Shown here: positions 28,005-36,981 of the stretch, in pieces
How positions within the stretch are numbered: position 1 is the first letter of the stretch
Layout of the letters: every line of letters starts with the position of its first letter
Assembly: GCA_019347875.1 (NCBI GenBank)
Contig: JAHWKN010000002.1
Location: forward strand, 1-62,654
Source of the DNA: Candidatus Parcubacteria bacterium
Lineage (GTDB): Bacteria; Patescibacteriota; Saccharimonadia; UBA4664; JAHWKN01
Reading direction: 5' to 3'
Length of the DNA stretch: 62,654 nucleotides
The notes under the pieces: generated by a model
The model's input: the letters and a program-made list of their open reading frames with translations, nothing else
What the model was told of the DNA's origin: nothing
Database searches by the model: none
Position numbers and translations under genes: made by a program

Positions 28005-28557
28005 AGCTTTAGTTGATAGCGCTAATCCAAAGATGGACAAGGCGCTGGAGCACTTGGGCGAAGAGCTCAAAGGTCTGCGTACCGGCCGGGCCTCAACCGC
28101 CTTGGTCGGCGGCTTGATGGTGGAGTCCTACGGCCAGATGCTGCCGCTCAAACAAGTCGCTACCATCAACACCCCTGACGCCCGCACCATCGCCATCACC
28201 CCCTGGGACCGGAGTGTGTTGCCGGCGGTGGAGAAGGTTATCCGTGAAACCCAGTCGTTGGGGCTGAACCCCAACAACGACGGTTCAACTATCCGGCTTA
28301 ATGTCCCGCCGCTCACGGAGGAGCGCCGCCGTGACTTGGTTAAAAACCTGGGCGAAAAGGTCGAAGCCTGCCACATCACCCTGCGCAACATCCGCCACGA
28401 CATTTTAAACGACGTTAAAAGATTAGAAAAAGATAAACAGGCCACCCAGGATGACGTTAAGTTTGCCGAAACCGAGCTGAACAAAAAGATCGACCAGTAC
28501 AGAGTTAAGATCGACGCCATCGAGAAAGCCAAAGCTGCCGAGATCATGCAGGTTTAA
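27997..28557 (+). CDS. frr: Ribosome recycling factor
   Basis: LRTGRAS...ITPWD...NPNNDG..IRLNVPPLTEERR pattern. Confidence 0.93.
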   Translation: MVRALVDSANPKMDKALEHLGEELKGLRTGRASTALVGGLMVESYGQMLPLKQVATINTPDARTIAITPWDRSVLPAVEKVIRETQSLGLNPNNDGSTIRLNVPPLTEERRRDLVKNLGEKVEACHITLRNIRHDILNDVKRLEKDKQATQDDVKFAETELNKKIDQYRVKIDAIEKAKAAEIMQV

Positions 28558-28568
28558 GTGCGGCGCTC

Positions 28569-29231
28569 ATGAACGTTATGCTGATAGTCGATGGCGACAG
28601 AAGGTGGGCGGGTCAGCGGGGGCTGAGCGTTCGCCAGGGCTACGAACGCATGGCCCGCCAGTTGGCTTTTTGCTGTGACCGGTTCTCGCGACACCGGGTC
28701 AAATCGCTCTATGTGGCAACCAGTTCCGTTACTAACCTGCTCCGGCCGCGTCAGCAGGTTGAGGCTTTTTTGGATAACTTTTTGGCCGTCCCCGGTTTGA
28801 GCGGTCAAAAGATTAAGGTAACGGTGGCCGGGAATCTGGAGTTGCTCCCGGCGCCGTACCGTGAGAGTTTTTTAAAGCTCCAGGAAGACACCGGGTTGAA
28901 CAACCAGTTCACCCTCCACTATCTGGTTGGCTGGTCACTCGATGACGAAGTCGTGCGGATTTACAACCGGCTACGTGACACCCATGAGCGCATCGATAAA
29001 GCGGTTTTGGCCCGGGCGGCCGACATTCAGCAGCCGATTGATCTAATTATTCGAACCGGCCAGGTCAATCGCTTGTCGTCTTTTATGCCGCTGAACTCAC
29101 CCCGGGCTGAACTGTACTTTGCGGACGTCCTTTTCCCTGATTTCTCGGAGCAGCACATTGAGGCCGCCCTGGCTTTTTATAACTTACAAAAGAGTAAAAC
29201 GCGGTTTACGGCCGAGCCGACGGGCGCGTGA
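28569..29231 (+). CDS. Divergent cis-prenyltransferase (UppS paralog)
   Basis: IVDGDRRWA (canonical DGNRRWA), DLIIRTGQVNRLSSF and RAELYF. Several otherwise conserved positions differ. Confidence 0.7.
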   Translation: MNVMLIVDGDRRWAGQRGLSVRQGYERMARQLAFCCDRFSRHRVKSLYVATSSVTNLLRPRQQVEAFLDNFLAVPGLSGQKIKVTVAGNLELLPAPYRESFLKLQEDTGLNNQFTLHYLVGWSLDDEVVRIYNRLRDTHERIDKAVLARAADIQQPIDLIIRTGQVNRLSSFMPLNSPRAELYFADVLFPDFSEQHIEAALAFYNLQKSKTRFTAEPTGA

Positions 29232-29299
29232 GGCGTCCGGCCGCTTCCGCCCCAGGCGGTTTTGTTTCCCCGCCGACAAACGGTATAATCTTTAGGTAT

Positions 29300-30055
29300 A
29301 TGAACTCTAGGCAACAACCTGCCGGCCTTCCTCGCCACCTCGGCATCATCCTTGACGGCAACCGCCGCTGGGCCAAAAATCACGGCCTGCCGCAGCTGGA
29401 AGGGCACCGCCGCGGCTACGAGATCTTGAAAGATATCGGGGAGCTGGCGATCGGTAAAGGGATAGAGTACTTTTCAGCTTACGTCTTTTCAACCGAGAAC
29501 TGGCGGCGCAGCCGGGAGGAGGTGGGTTACTTAATGAACCTGTTGTACTGGGTGGCAACGCATGAGGTTGATGAGATGAACCGCAAAAATCTACGGGTGC
29601 GTTTTTTAGGATCAAAGAGCCGCTTAAGTCCCAAAATTTTAACGGCCATCGAGAAGGCCGAGGCTAGGACCGCCGCTAACACCAAGGGAACGGTGGCGTT
29701 CTGTTTGAATTACGGCGGGCAGCTGGAGATCGCCGAGGCGGTCGGGAAGATGCTGGCTGACGAGGTCCCGGCCGAGGACGTCACCGTTGAGAAGATCTCT
29801 AGCTACCTGTACGCTCCGGACATTCCGCCGCTGGATCTGGTGATTAGAACCTCAGGCGAGCAGCGGCTAAGCAACTTTATGCTCTGGCGGGCAGCCTACG
29901 CCGAGCTGTATTTTACGTCTAAGCACTGGCCCGACTTCGCTGCCGCCGATCTGGAGGCCGCGCTGGCCGACTATGCTTCGCGCCGGCGGCGCTTTGGCGG
30001 CGACTACACCCAGCCGACCAACCTGCCGGCGAGCGCGGCCGAGGCGGCGCGGTGA
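29300..30055 (+). CDS. uppS: Isoprenyl (undecaprenyl) diphosphate synthase
   Basis: ILDGNRRWA, FSTENWRR, IRTSGEQRLSNFMLW. Start trimmed to ATG 29300. Confidence 0.92.
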   Translation: MNSRQQPAGLPRHLGIILDGNRRWAKNHGLPQLEGHRRGYEILKDIGELAIGKGIEYFSAYVFSTENWRRSREEVGYLMNLLYWVATHEVDEMNRKNLRVRFLGSKSRLSPKILTAIEKAEARTAANTKGTVAFCLNYGGQLEIAEAVGKMLADEVPAEDVTVEKISSYLYAPDIPPLDLVIRTSGEQRLSNFMLWRAAYAELYFTSKHWPDFAAADLEAALADYASRRRRFGGDYTQPTNLPASAAEAAR

Positions 30056-30059
30056 CGCA

Positions 30060-31163
30060 GTGATCGGGGTTATCTTGCTGGTGGTGGCGGTCATCGGCCT
30101 GCTGGTGTTTGTACACGAGCTGGGACATTTTGTGATGGCCCGCCGCAACGGGGTGGCGGTAGAGGAGTTCGGCTTCGGCTTTCCGCCGCGGCTGTTTGGA
30201 CGTCGGATCGGCCCGACCGTTTATTCGGTTAACCTGTTGCCGCTGGGCGGGTTTGTGCGGCTAAAGGGCGAAGATGCCGCCGACACCGGCCCCGACAGCT
30301 TCAACGCCGCCAGCTACGGCACCAAGGCCAAGATTTTACTGGCGGGGGTAGGGATGAACGCCCTGGCCGCTTACGGTCTGTTGTTGTATCTGACTCTAAC
30401 GGGACTGCCGCCAATGTTCGCGGGCCAGTTTAGTTTCGGTCAACCACAAGTGGCGCAGCCAAAGCGTTTGATCGTGGCTGAAACGGTGCCGGGTTCACCG
30501 GCCGACGCGGCCGGTATTAAGGCCGGCGACTACATCCTCAGCGGCAACAACCAGCCGTTCCTGGAGGCATCAGATTTAACCGGCTTTACGAAGAGCCACG
30601 CCGGCCAAGAGGTGACGCTGACGGTTAAGCAAGGTACGGCGCAGCGGGACGTGCGGGTCAAACTGCGCGAGCCCGGCAGCGACCAGGGCTTTTTGGGAGT
30701 CAGCCCGCTTCAGACCTACCAAATAAAGTACTCACCGTTTGCGGCGGTGGTGGTGTCGGCCGGGTTGCTGTTGCAGCTGTTGGGCTTAACCGTCGCGGCC
30801 ATAGTTGGTTTGCTGCTGCAAATTCCATTTTTGATTATCGGTCTGTTTGCAAGCGGTGTGCCGAAAGCGGCCGAAGCGGCGGTGGGCCCGCTGGGCATAG
30901 TGTTTTTGACCAAGAACATCTCGACGCTGGGGTTAAACTACCTGGTGCAGTTCGCTATGAGCATATCGGTCGCCTTGGCGGCCTTTAACGCCCTGCCTAT
31001 CCCGGCGCTTGACGGCGGCCGTTTGGCGCTCATCAGTTATCAGCAGGTCACCAAAAGAAAGCTGTCGGTTGGCACGGAAAGCCTGATTCACGCGGTCGGA
31101 TTCATCTTTTTAATCTTGTTTATGGTTATGATTACCGTCTTTGATTTTCGCCGGTTTTTCTGA
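30060..31163 (+). CDS. rseP: RIP metalloprotease RseP (M50 site-2 protease)
   Basis: HELGHF, PDZ segment, NALPIPALDGG. Start trimmed to GTG 30060. Confidence 0.9.
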   Translation: MIGVILLVVAVIGLLVFVHELGHFVMARRNGVAVEEFGFGFPPRLFGRRIGPTVYSVNLLPLGGFVRLKGEDAADTGPDSFNAASYGTKAKILLAGVGMNALAAYGLLLYLTLTGLPPMFAGQFSFGQPQVAQPKRLIVAETVPGSPADAAGIKAGDYILSGNNQPFLEASDLTGFTKSHAGQEVTLTVKQGTAQRDVRVKLREPGSDQGFLGVSPLQTYQIKYSPFAAVVVSAGLLLQLLGLTVAAIVGLLLQIPFLIIGLFASGVPKAAEAAVGPLGIVFLTKNISTLGLNYLVQFAMSISVALAAFNALPIPALDGGRLALISYQQVTKRKLSVGTESLIHAVGFIFLILFMVMITVFDFRRFF

Positions 31164-31897
31164 TGCCGGAAAACGGCAGTCGTAGCCTACACGTGCCCTG
31201 GCACGTGGGGGACGCCTTTAAGGTGTTTTTGCTGGCTTGGATCGGACTGCCGCTGCTGATCGTCCTGGCGTTGGGTCAGCTGGCTCCGGCGGTGCCGCTG
31301 CTCGGACGACTGCTGCGGGCGCTGGAGGCCGGCAGCATCGAGGCCACCTTTACCTTGGTGGTAGTAGACGCGGTGGCGGCCTTTGCCCTGGTACTGTACT
31401 ATCTGAAGCGCCGCGGGGCGACTTGGCGCGACCTGGGGCTGCGGCGGTTTAAGGTGTGGCGGGCGGTGGCCTACGTCTTGGGCACGGTGACGGCTTTGGC
31501 GGTGCTGGTGCCGCTGGTGTTTGTACTGGTGAGTTGGCTGTTCCCCGGGTTTAATCCCGACCAGGCCCAGACAAACGAGTTTACTCAGGCCACCACCCCG
31601 GAGGCCCGCCGCCTAAGTTTTATCGCCTTGGTGCTGCTGCCGCCGTTGGTGGAGGAGCTGGTGTTTCGGGGCTTCATCTTTCCGGCCTTTGCCACCCGCT
31701 GGGGGGTATGGTGGGGCGCGATCGGCTCGAGCTTGCTGTTCGGCGCGGCCCACCTGCAGTTTAACGTGACGGTTTATACGGTGGTGTTGGGCCTGCTATT
31801 ATGTATGCTGTACGTTAAGCTAGGCAGCATCTGGCCCGGTGTGGCGTTTCACCTGTTTAATAACTACCTGGCGTTTATCGCCTTAGGACAACAATAA
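31163..31897 (+). CDS. CPBP-family intramembrane glutamic endopeptidase (CAAX protease-like)
   Basis: EELVFRGF, FGAAHL and HLFNN motifs. Confidence 0.85.
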   Translation: MPENGSRSLHVPWHVGDAFKVFLLAWIGLPLLIVLALGQLAPAVPLLGRLLRALEAGSIEATFTLVVVDAVAAFALVLYYLKRRGATWRDLGLRRFKVWRAVAYVLGTVTALAVLVPLVFVLVSWLFPGFNPDQAQTNEFTQATTPEARRLSFIALVLLPPLVEELVFRGFIFPAFATRWGVWWGAIGSSLLFGAAHLQFNVTVYTVVLGLLLCMLYVKLGSIWPGVAFHLFNNYLAFIALGQQ

Positions 31898-33325
31898 ATG
31901 GCATTCGACAACAAATTACCACAGAAGTCGACCGGACTGTCCGACTGGTACAATAAAGCGGTTTTGAGAGCTGAGTTAGCCGACTACGGCCCCGCCAAAG
32001 GCACCATGATATTTCGACCCTACGGCTACGGGGTGTGGGAGCTGGTGCAGCAGGAGCTCGATGCGAAGATTCGTGCCCGTGGCGTAGAGAACGCTTACTT
32101 CCCGCTACTGATTCCAGAGTCGCTTTTAAACAAAGAAAAAGACCATGTCGAGGGCTTTGCGCCCGAGTTGGCAGTTGTGACGATTGGCGGGGGAGAGCAG
32201 CTAGAGGAAAAACTGGCGGTGCGGCCCACCAGCGAGACGATCATGTATGAAGCTTACGCGCGCTGGATCCAGTCGTGGCGCGATCTGCCGGTGATGATCA
32301 ATCAGTGGAACAACGTGGTGCGCTGGGAAAAACGCACTTACCTGTTTTTGCGAACGAGTGAGTTTCTTTGGCAAGAGGGACACACCGCTCACGCCGAACA
32401 CAAAGAGGCGGTGGATGTGCAGAGTTGGGCCATGAAGACGTATGAGGCGCTGTATCGCCAGGTGTTTGCACTGCCCGGCTACGTCGGCAAAAAATCAGAG
32501 GCGGAGAAGTTTGCCGGCGCCCGCCAGTCGCTGACGTACGAGACGTTGATGCCCGAGGGCAAAGCATTACAAAGCAGCACCTCTCATGATTTGGGTCAAA
32601 ACTTCGCTAAGGCATTCGATATCAAGTACCAGGACAGGGGCGGCAAGATGCAGCACGTGTGGCAAACCAGCTGGGGTCTGTCTACCCGGTCATTGGGTGG
32701 GTTAATTATGGCCCACGGGGACGACAAGGGTTTAAGGCTGCCGCCTAAGCTGGCACCAATTCAAGTGATCATTGTACCGGTTAAGATGGAAGCTGCTTTG
32801 CTTGATTACTGCGACCGGCTGGAGGCCGTCTTGCGCCAGGTAGGCTGTCGAGTCAGGGTTGATACCAGGGAGGACGAGCGGCTTGGCTTTAAGATCAACA
32901 AATGGGAGCTTAAGGGGGTGCCGCTGCGCATTGAGATTGGTCAGCAGGAGATGGAGTCGGATAAGGTGACGGTGGCCCGACGCGATACGGGCGAAAAGCT
33001 GCCTGTGTTACGGTCTGATGTGGCGCTGGCTGTTCCGAAGCTACTAGACGAGATTCAGGCCCACCTGTATCACCAGGCTGAGCAGTTTCTGCGCGAGAAC
33101 ACACATGAAGCGGTGGATTACCATGAATTTAAGCGAATTATGGCCGGCCAAAAAGGGTTTTTAAGGGCCTTTTGGTGCGAAGATTCAGTCTGCGAGGCGA
33201 AAATAAAAGAGGAAACCACCGCTACCACCCGCTGCTTGCCACTGGACTCCAAGCCCGAAAAAGGGGTTTGCGTTTACTGTGGCAAGTCCGCCGGTCACCG
33301 CTGGCTATTCGCGCAAGCGTATTGA
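31898..33325 (+). CDS. proS: Prolyl-tRNA synthetase, archaeal/eukaryote-like architecture
   Basis: 475 aa with no bacterial insertion (editing) domain, class II motifs, and a C-terminal Zn-type domain ending in ...FAQAY. Confidence 0.92.
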   Translation: MAFDNKLPQKSTGLSDWYNKAVLRAELADYGPAKGTMIFRPYGYGVWELVQQELDAKIRARGVENAYFPLLIPESLLNKEKDHVEGFAPELAVVTIGGGEQLEEKLAVRPTSETIMYEAYARWIQSWRDLPVMINQWNNVVRWEKRTYLFLRTSEFLWQEGHTAHAEHKEAVDVQSWAMKTYEALYRQVFALPGYVGKKSEAEKFAGARQSLTYETLMPEGKALQSSTSHDLGQNFAKAFDIKYQDRGGKMQHVWQTSWGLSTRSLGGLIMAHGDDKGLRLPPKLAPIQVIIVPVKMEAALLDYCDRLEAVLRQVGCRVRVDTREDERLGFKINKWELKGVPLRIEIGQQEMESDKVTVARRDTGEKLPVLRSDVALAVPKLLDEIQAHLYHQAEQFLRENTHEAVDYHEFKRIMAGQKGFLRAFWCEDSVCEAKIKEETTATTRCLPLDSKPEKGVCVYCGKSAGHRWLFAQAY

Positions 33326-33354
33326 CGTTTTCCCACGCCTAGCTCGGCCGCGTT

Positions 33355-33383
33355 TTGACCCTCAGTCCTTAATTTGGTATAAC
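33355..33383 (+). promoter_or_regulatory. Promoter of the orphan two-gene operon
   Basis: TTGACC (33355-33360), 17 nt, TATAAC (33378-33383). Confidence 0.6.
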
Positions 33384-33470
33384 CTGTAGGTGTTGGAGCC
33401 GATACAGGGACTTTGACAGTTGATGGATGGTCACTAACCGCTGACCGCTGACCGGAAAGGGGGCTTTAGG

Positions 33471-33950
33471 ATGCCTCAAGCCGTACCGAACGAAACCCCC
33501 AGCCGTCTGATCGTCGTCATCCATGCCGAGGCCCGCTACCGGGCGCTGACTGCGGAGGGCAAGGAACAAGCCGGGCGCGCCGCCCAAAGCCTGATCGCTC
33601 TATCGGGGTCATGGCTGCTGCTTTCTGCCCGCGACGTGTGGGAGCAGTTAACGGCGGATGTTATTTACCAAGCGGCGCAAGCAGACGGCATGCAGATACG
33701 GCGCCGAATCGTTGTCGGGCTAGGGCAGGATAAACCTGGAACCTCCATATTGAGAGAGATTAACAAGCATCGGGCCGCTGGCCTGGACGTGCTGGCCGTC
33801 TTGTCCGCTCAGGCGCTGGAAAAACTGCTAAGTGCCAACTTTTCGTACTGTCTCATCCGCCGGCACGTCACGCCCGGGAGTCTTTGGGAGCTTGACCTGG
33901 AGACCGGGGAGTGCCAACAGGTGCAGGTCAAGGAGGGGGCCAATGCGTGA
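33471..33950 (+). CDS. Hypothetical protein, faint SixA/histidine-phosphatase-like pattern with a degenerate catalytic dyad
   Basis: LIVVIHAEA...LTAEGKEQAGRAAQSL...LLLSARDVWEQ mirrors the RHG.A...LT..G..QA...SP..RA layout, but RH reads IH. Confidence 0.45.
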   Translation: MPQAVPNETPSRLIVVIHAEARYRALTAEGKEQAGRAAQSLIALSGSWLLLSARDVWEQLTADVIYQAAQADGMQIRRRIVVGLGQDKPGTSILREINKHRAAGLDVLAVLSAQALEKLLSANFSYCLIRRHVTPGSLWELDLETGECQQVQVKEGANA

Positions 33951-34278
33951 CAGTAACCGCCAGTTGGCCGCTAGCTTGGGCTTAAGGGCCGAGGTGGAGC
34001 GGTTGTTCGGAGAAGTTGAGGACATCTTTACGGTTGTAGTGCCCGCCCCAGGTGGCGATGGGGTCATCCGTCGGGCAGCCGTCGAGGCGGATAATCAAAT
34101 CGTGGTGCGAGTCGGCCCCGGTCACTGGGTCCTGGCGCTTAGATGCCTAGAACCAAACTGTGCTGGCGGATATCGAGTACTCTATAAAACGCGGATCAAG
34201 GGACGGCCGGTTCTCCCGCGTGACCGCCTCTTTCAGGGCATTTTCCAGTGCGACAGCTGCGGAGCTTTTCTTAAATGA
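33943..34278 (+). CDS. Hypothetical 111-aa protein with CxxxC...CxxC (Zn-ribbon-like)
   Basis: ATG 33943 overlaps the upstream stop (ATGCGTGA). Contains CLEPNC and CDSC pairs. Confidence 0.45.
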   Translation: MRDSNRQLAASLGLRAEVERLFGEVEDIFTVVVPAPGGDGVIRRAAVEADNQIVVRVGPGHWVLALRCLEPNCAGGYRVLYKTRIKGRPVLPRDRLFQGIFQCDSCGAFLK

Positions 34279-34299
34279 AGCTCGGCAGCTCGATAAAGG

Positions 34300-34336
34300 T
34301 CGCCAACCGGACGGGGATACCACGTCCGGTTGGCGA
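34300..34336 (+). terminator. Perfect 14-bp hairpin
   Basis: TCGCCAACCGGACG-GGGATACCA-CGTCCGGTTGGCGA. No T-run follows. Confidence 0.6.
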
Positions 34337-34551
34337 TGGGCCCTTCGCGATAGCGACGGGCCCGTTTGTTGTTTATTTGTATAAAATAGTTATGCTACAA
34401 ACCGAGTAACGGGGGACACGAGCGTTTTGAACACAGTTTTTAACCTTGTGGGCTCCTGTTGGCCTTGCTAGACTTACAGGTGTGATAACGCTAATGCCGA
34501 ACGGCAAAATCTTCATCGTGCACGCGCCGGCAGTCGTTCCGGAGAACGGGC

Positions 34552-35604
34552 ATGATTAACCGCTTTTTGGGGCTGTTCTCGCACGACATCGGGATCGATC
34601 TGGGTACCGCCAACACTCTGGTTTACGTGCGCGGCAAGGGAATCGTGATTAATGAGCCCAGCGTGGTGGCTATCAACAAACGCACCAACCAGGTGCTGGC
34701 GATTGGCGACGAGGCTAAGAAGATGGTGGGCAAGACGCCGGCCTCAATCGTGGCGACCCGGCCGCTGGTCGATGGGGTGGTCAGCGACTTCGAGGTCACC
34801 GAGCAGATGCTGCGCTACTTTATCGACAAGGTGCACAAGGAAAGCTTTACCGTCCTCCCTCGTCCGCGGGTGGTGATCGGGATTCCTTCCGGCGTGACCG
34901 AGGTGGAGAAGCGGGCGGTGGAGGACGCCGCCACCAACGCGGGAGCCCGGCAAACCTTTTTGATCGAGGAACCGATGGCGGCGGCCATTGGCGGGCGGCT
35001 GCCGATCCAAGACGCCGCCGGTAGTATGATCATCGACATCGGCGGCGGCACCACCGAGGTAGCTATCATCTCTCTGGGCGGTATCGTGGCCTCGCGCAGC
35101 CTGCGTATCGCCGGTGACGAGCTCAGCGATGACATCATCCAGTACGCCCGGGAGGAGTTTAACTTGCAGATTGGCGAGCGCACGGCCGAGAACATCAAGA
35201 TCGCCATCGGATCGGCTTATCCGCTGCAGGCGGCGGTCGAGGCCCCCATGCGCGGCCGCGACCTGGTAACCGGCCTGCCCAAAGAAATCATCGTCAACTC
35301 AGACCAGATCCGCGCGGCGCTGGCTAAAAGCGTGCGCACCATCGTCGAGGCGATCAAGACCACCCTTGAGGAGACCCCGCCGGAACTGATCGCCGACATC
35401 ATGGACCGGGGGGTTATCCTGGCCGGCGGCGGCGCTCTCTTGAAGGGGCTGGACCTGTTGGTGCACCGCGAGACCAAGATGCCGGTACACGTGGCCGATG
35501 ACCCCCTCACCTCGGTGGTACGCGGCACCGGGCTGGTGCTGGAGGACATCGACAGCCTCAAGGATGTGCTGGTATCGACTCAGTTTGGGAAAATTCCGCG
35601 GTGA
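34552..35604 (+). CDS. mreB: Rod-shape determining actin homolog MreB
   Basis: GIDLGTANT, DIGGGTTEVA. Confidence 0.96.
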   Translation: MINRFLGLFSHDIGIDLGTANTLVYVRGKGIVINEPSVVAINKRTNQVLAIGDEAKKMVGKTPASIVATRPLVDGVVSDFEVTEQMLRYFIDKVHKESFTVLPRPRVVIGIPSGVTEVEKRAVEDAATNAGARQTFLIEEPMAAAIGGRLPIQDAAGSMIIDIGGGTTEVAIISLGGIVASRSLRIAGDELSDDIIQYAREEFNLQIGERTAENIKIAIGSAYPLQAAVEAPMRGRDLVTGLPKEIIVNSDQIRAALAKSVRTIVEAIKTTLEETPPELIADIMDRGVILAGGGALLKGLDLLVHRETKMPVHVADDPLTSVVRGTGLVLEDIDSLKDVLVSTQFGKIPR

Positions 35605-36413
35605 GTTCGATGGATCGGCGGATGCGTAAACGTCCCGGCCGGATCATTTTAATCATGCTGGGGCTGGCCTTGGTGCTGGTGCTGGTAAACGCGCGCGGTT
35701 GGCTGAGGCCGGTCAGCGGGGCGGCCGGGAGGGCGCTTAACCCGGTCGGCGGGTTCTTGAGCGGCGGCGGCTCGGGCACGGGAGAGCTGATTAGTTTGAT
35801 CGGTTCGGTCAAAGATCTGGCCGCCCGCAACGCCCGCCTGGAGCGGGAGGTGGCCGGTCTGCGCCAGCGGTTGGCCGAGGACACCGAGCTGAAGGTCCAA
35901 AATGAGGTTTTACGTAAGCAGCTGCAGTTTAGCGAAGCTCAGCCCCGCGAGCTGATCCCCGCCCAAGTCATCGCCTATCAGCCCGATAACTTTCGCGGTT
36001 TTATCACCATTGGCCGTGGCCGGCGGGATAACGTTAAAGCCGGCATGGCGGTGGTTTTGGAGGGGTCGCTGGTAGGGCGGGTCAGTGAGGCGGCCGAAAC
36101 CACCGCTAAGGTTTGGCTGCTGACCGATCCTGACTTTAAGGTCAGCGGTCTGGACCAATCCAGCCGGGCTACCGGTACGGTGCGGGGACAGATCGGGTCG
36201 GGGCTGGTGATGGACAAGATCCCCCAGGATCAGGCGGTTAAACCAGGCGACGTTATCATCACCAGCGGACTGGGCGGCGAGGTACCCAAGGGGCTGGTGA
36301 TTGGACAGGTGGAGTCGGTTAATCAAAAGGACAACGCCGTTTTCCAAACCGCCCAGCTGGTCTCGGACATCAAGTTTGGGCGCCTGGAGCTGGTGTTTGT
36401 GGTGCAGCAATGA
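35601..36413 (+). CDS. mreC: Rod-shape protein MreC
   Basis: GTGA overlap with mreB, TM plus coiled coil (ENARLEREVAGLR), and a beta-rich C-terminus with GLGGEVPKGL. Confidence 0.85.
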   Translation: MSSMDRRMRKRPGRIILIMLGLALVLVLVNARGWLRPVSGAAGRALNPVGGFLSGGGSGTGELISLIGSVKDLAARNARLEREVAGLRQRLAEDTELKVQNEVLRKQLQFSEAQPRELIPAQVIAYQPDNFRGFITIGRGRRDNVKAGMAVVLEGSLVGRVSEAAETTAKVWLLTDPDFKVSGLDQSSRATGTVRGQIGSGLVMDKIPQDQAVKPGDVIITSGLGGEVPKGLVIGQVESVNQKDNAVFQTAQLVSDIKFGRLELVFVVQQ

Positions 36414-36435
36414 GCGGGTGCAGCCGGGGAGTCAG

Positions 36436-36945
36436 ATGCGTTTAGCCGTTTTAATACTGGTGGTCTTGCTGTCGGTCTGGCTTCAGGCCAGCTTCTTTGG
36501 GGCGATGCGGCCGTTAGGAGTGGTGCCTAATCTGCTGTTGGTGGTGGTGATTTATGCGGGGTTGGTCGGTACGGCCACCGAGTCGGTGGCCATGGCGCTG
36601 GCGGGCGGGATGGTACTTGATTTAGCCAGCGGCGTCGATTTCGGGCTGCGGATGGCTTTTTACAGTTTGCTGGCGCTTATTATCGTGATGTTGAAACGGG
36701 CTGGAGCGAACTTTGACAACGTCGGCCTGGTGTTGCTAAGCACGGTCGGCGGTACGCTGTTGTATAACGCGGCGGTGATTGTTAGCCTGATACTGAGCGG
36801 AGTCAGTCTGCCGCTGGAGGCGGCGGCCGCCCGGGTCGGTTTTGAGGTCGGCCTAAACCTGCTGTTAGTACTGCTGGGCGGCCGGGCGCTGATTTGGCTG
36901 TTGAGCAGAGGGAGCGGGAGCAGGGAGTTGGGAGTTAAACCTTAG
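36436..36945 (+). CDS. mreD: Rod-shape protein MreD
   Basis: Five-TM small protein in the canonical position. Start trimmed to ATG 36436. Confidence 0.7.
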   Translation: MRLAVLILVVLLSVWLQASFFGAMRPLGVVPNLLLVVVIYAGLVGTATESVAMALAGGMVLDLASGVDFGLRMAFYSLLALIIVMLKRAGANFDNVGLVLLSTVGGTLLYNAAVIVSLILSGVSLPLEAAAARVGFEVGLNLLLVLLGGRALIWLLSRGSGSRELGVKP

Positions 36946-36981
36946 CATGAGCGTAACGCTTTACTTACTGGATCTGGAGCG

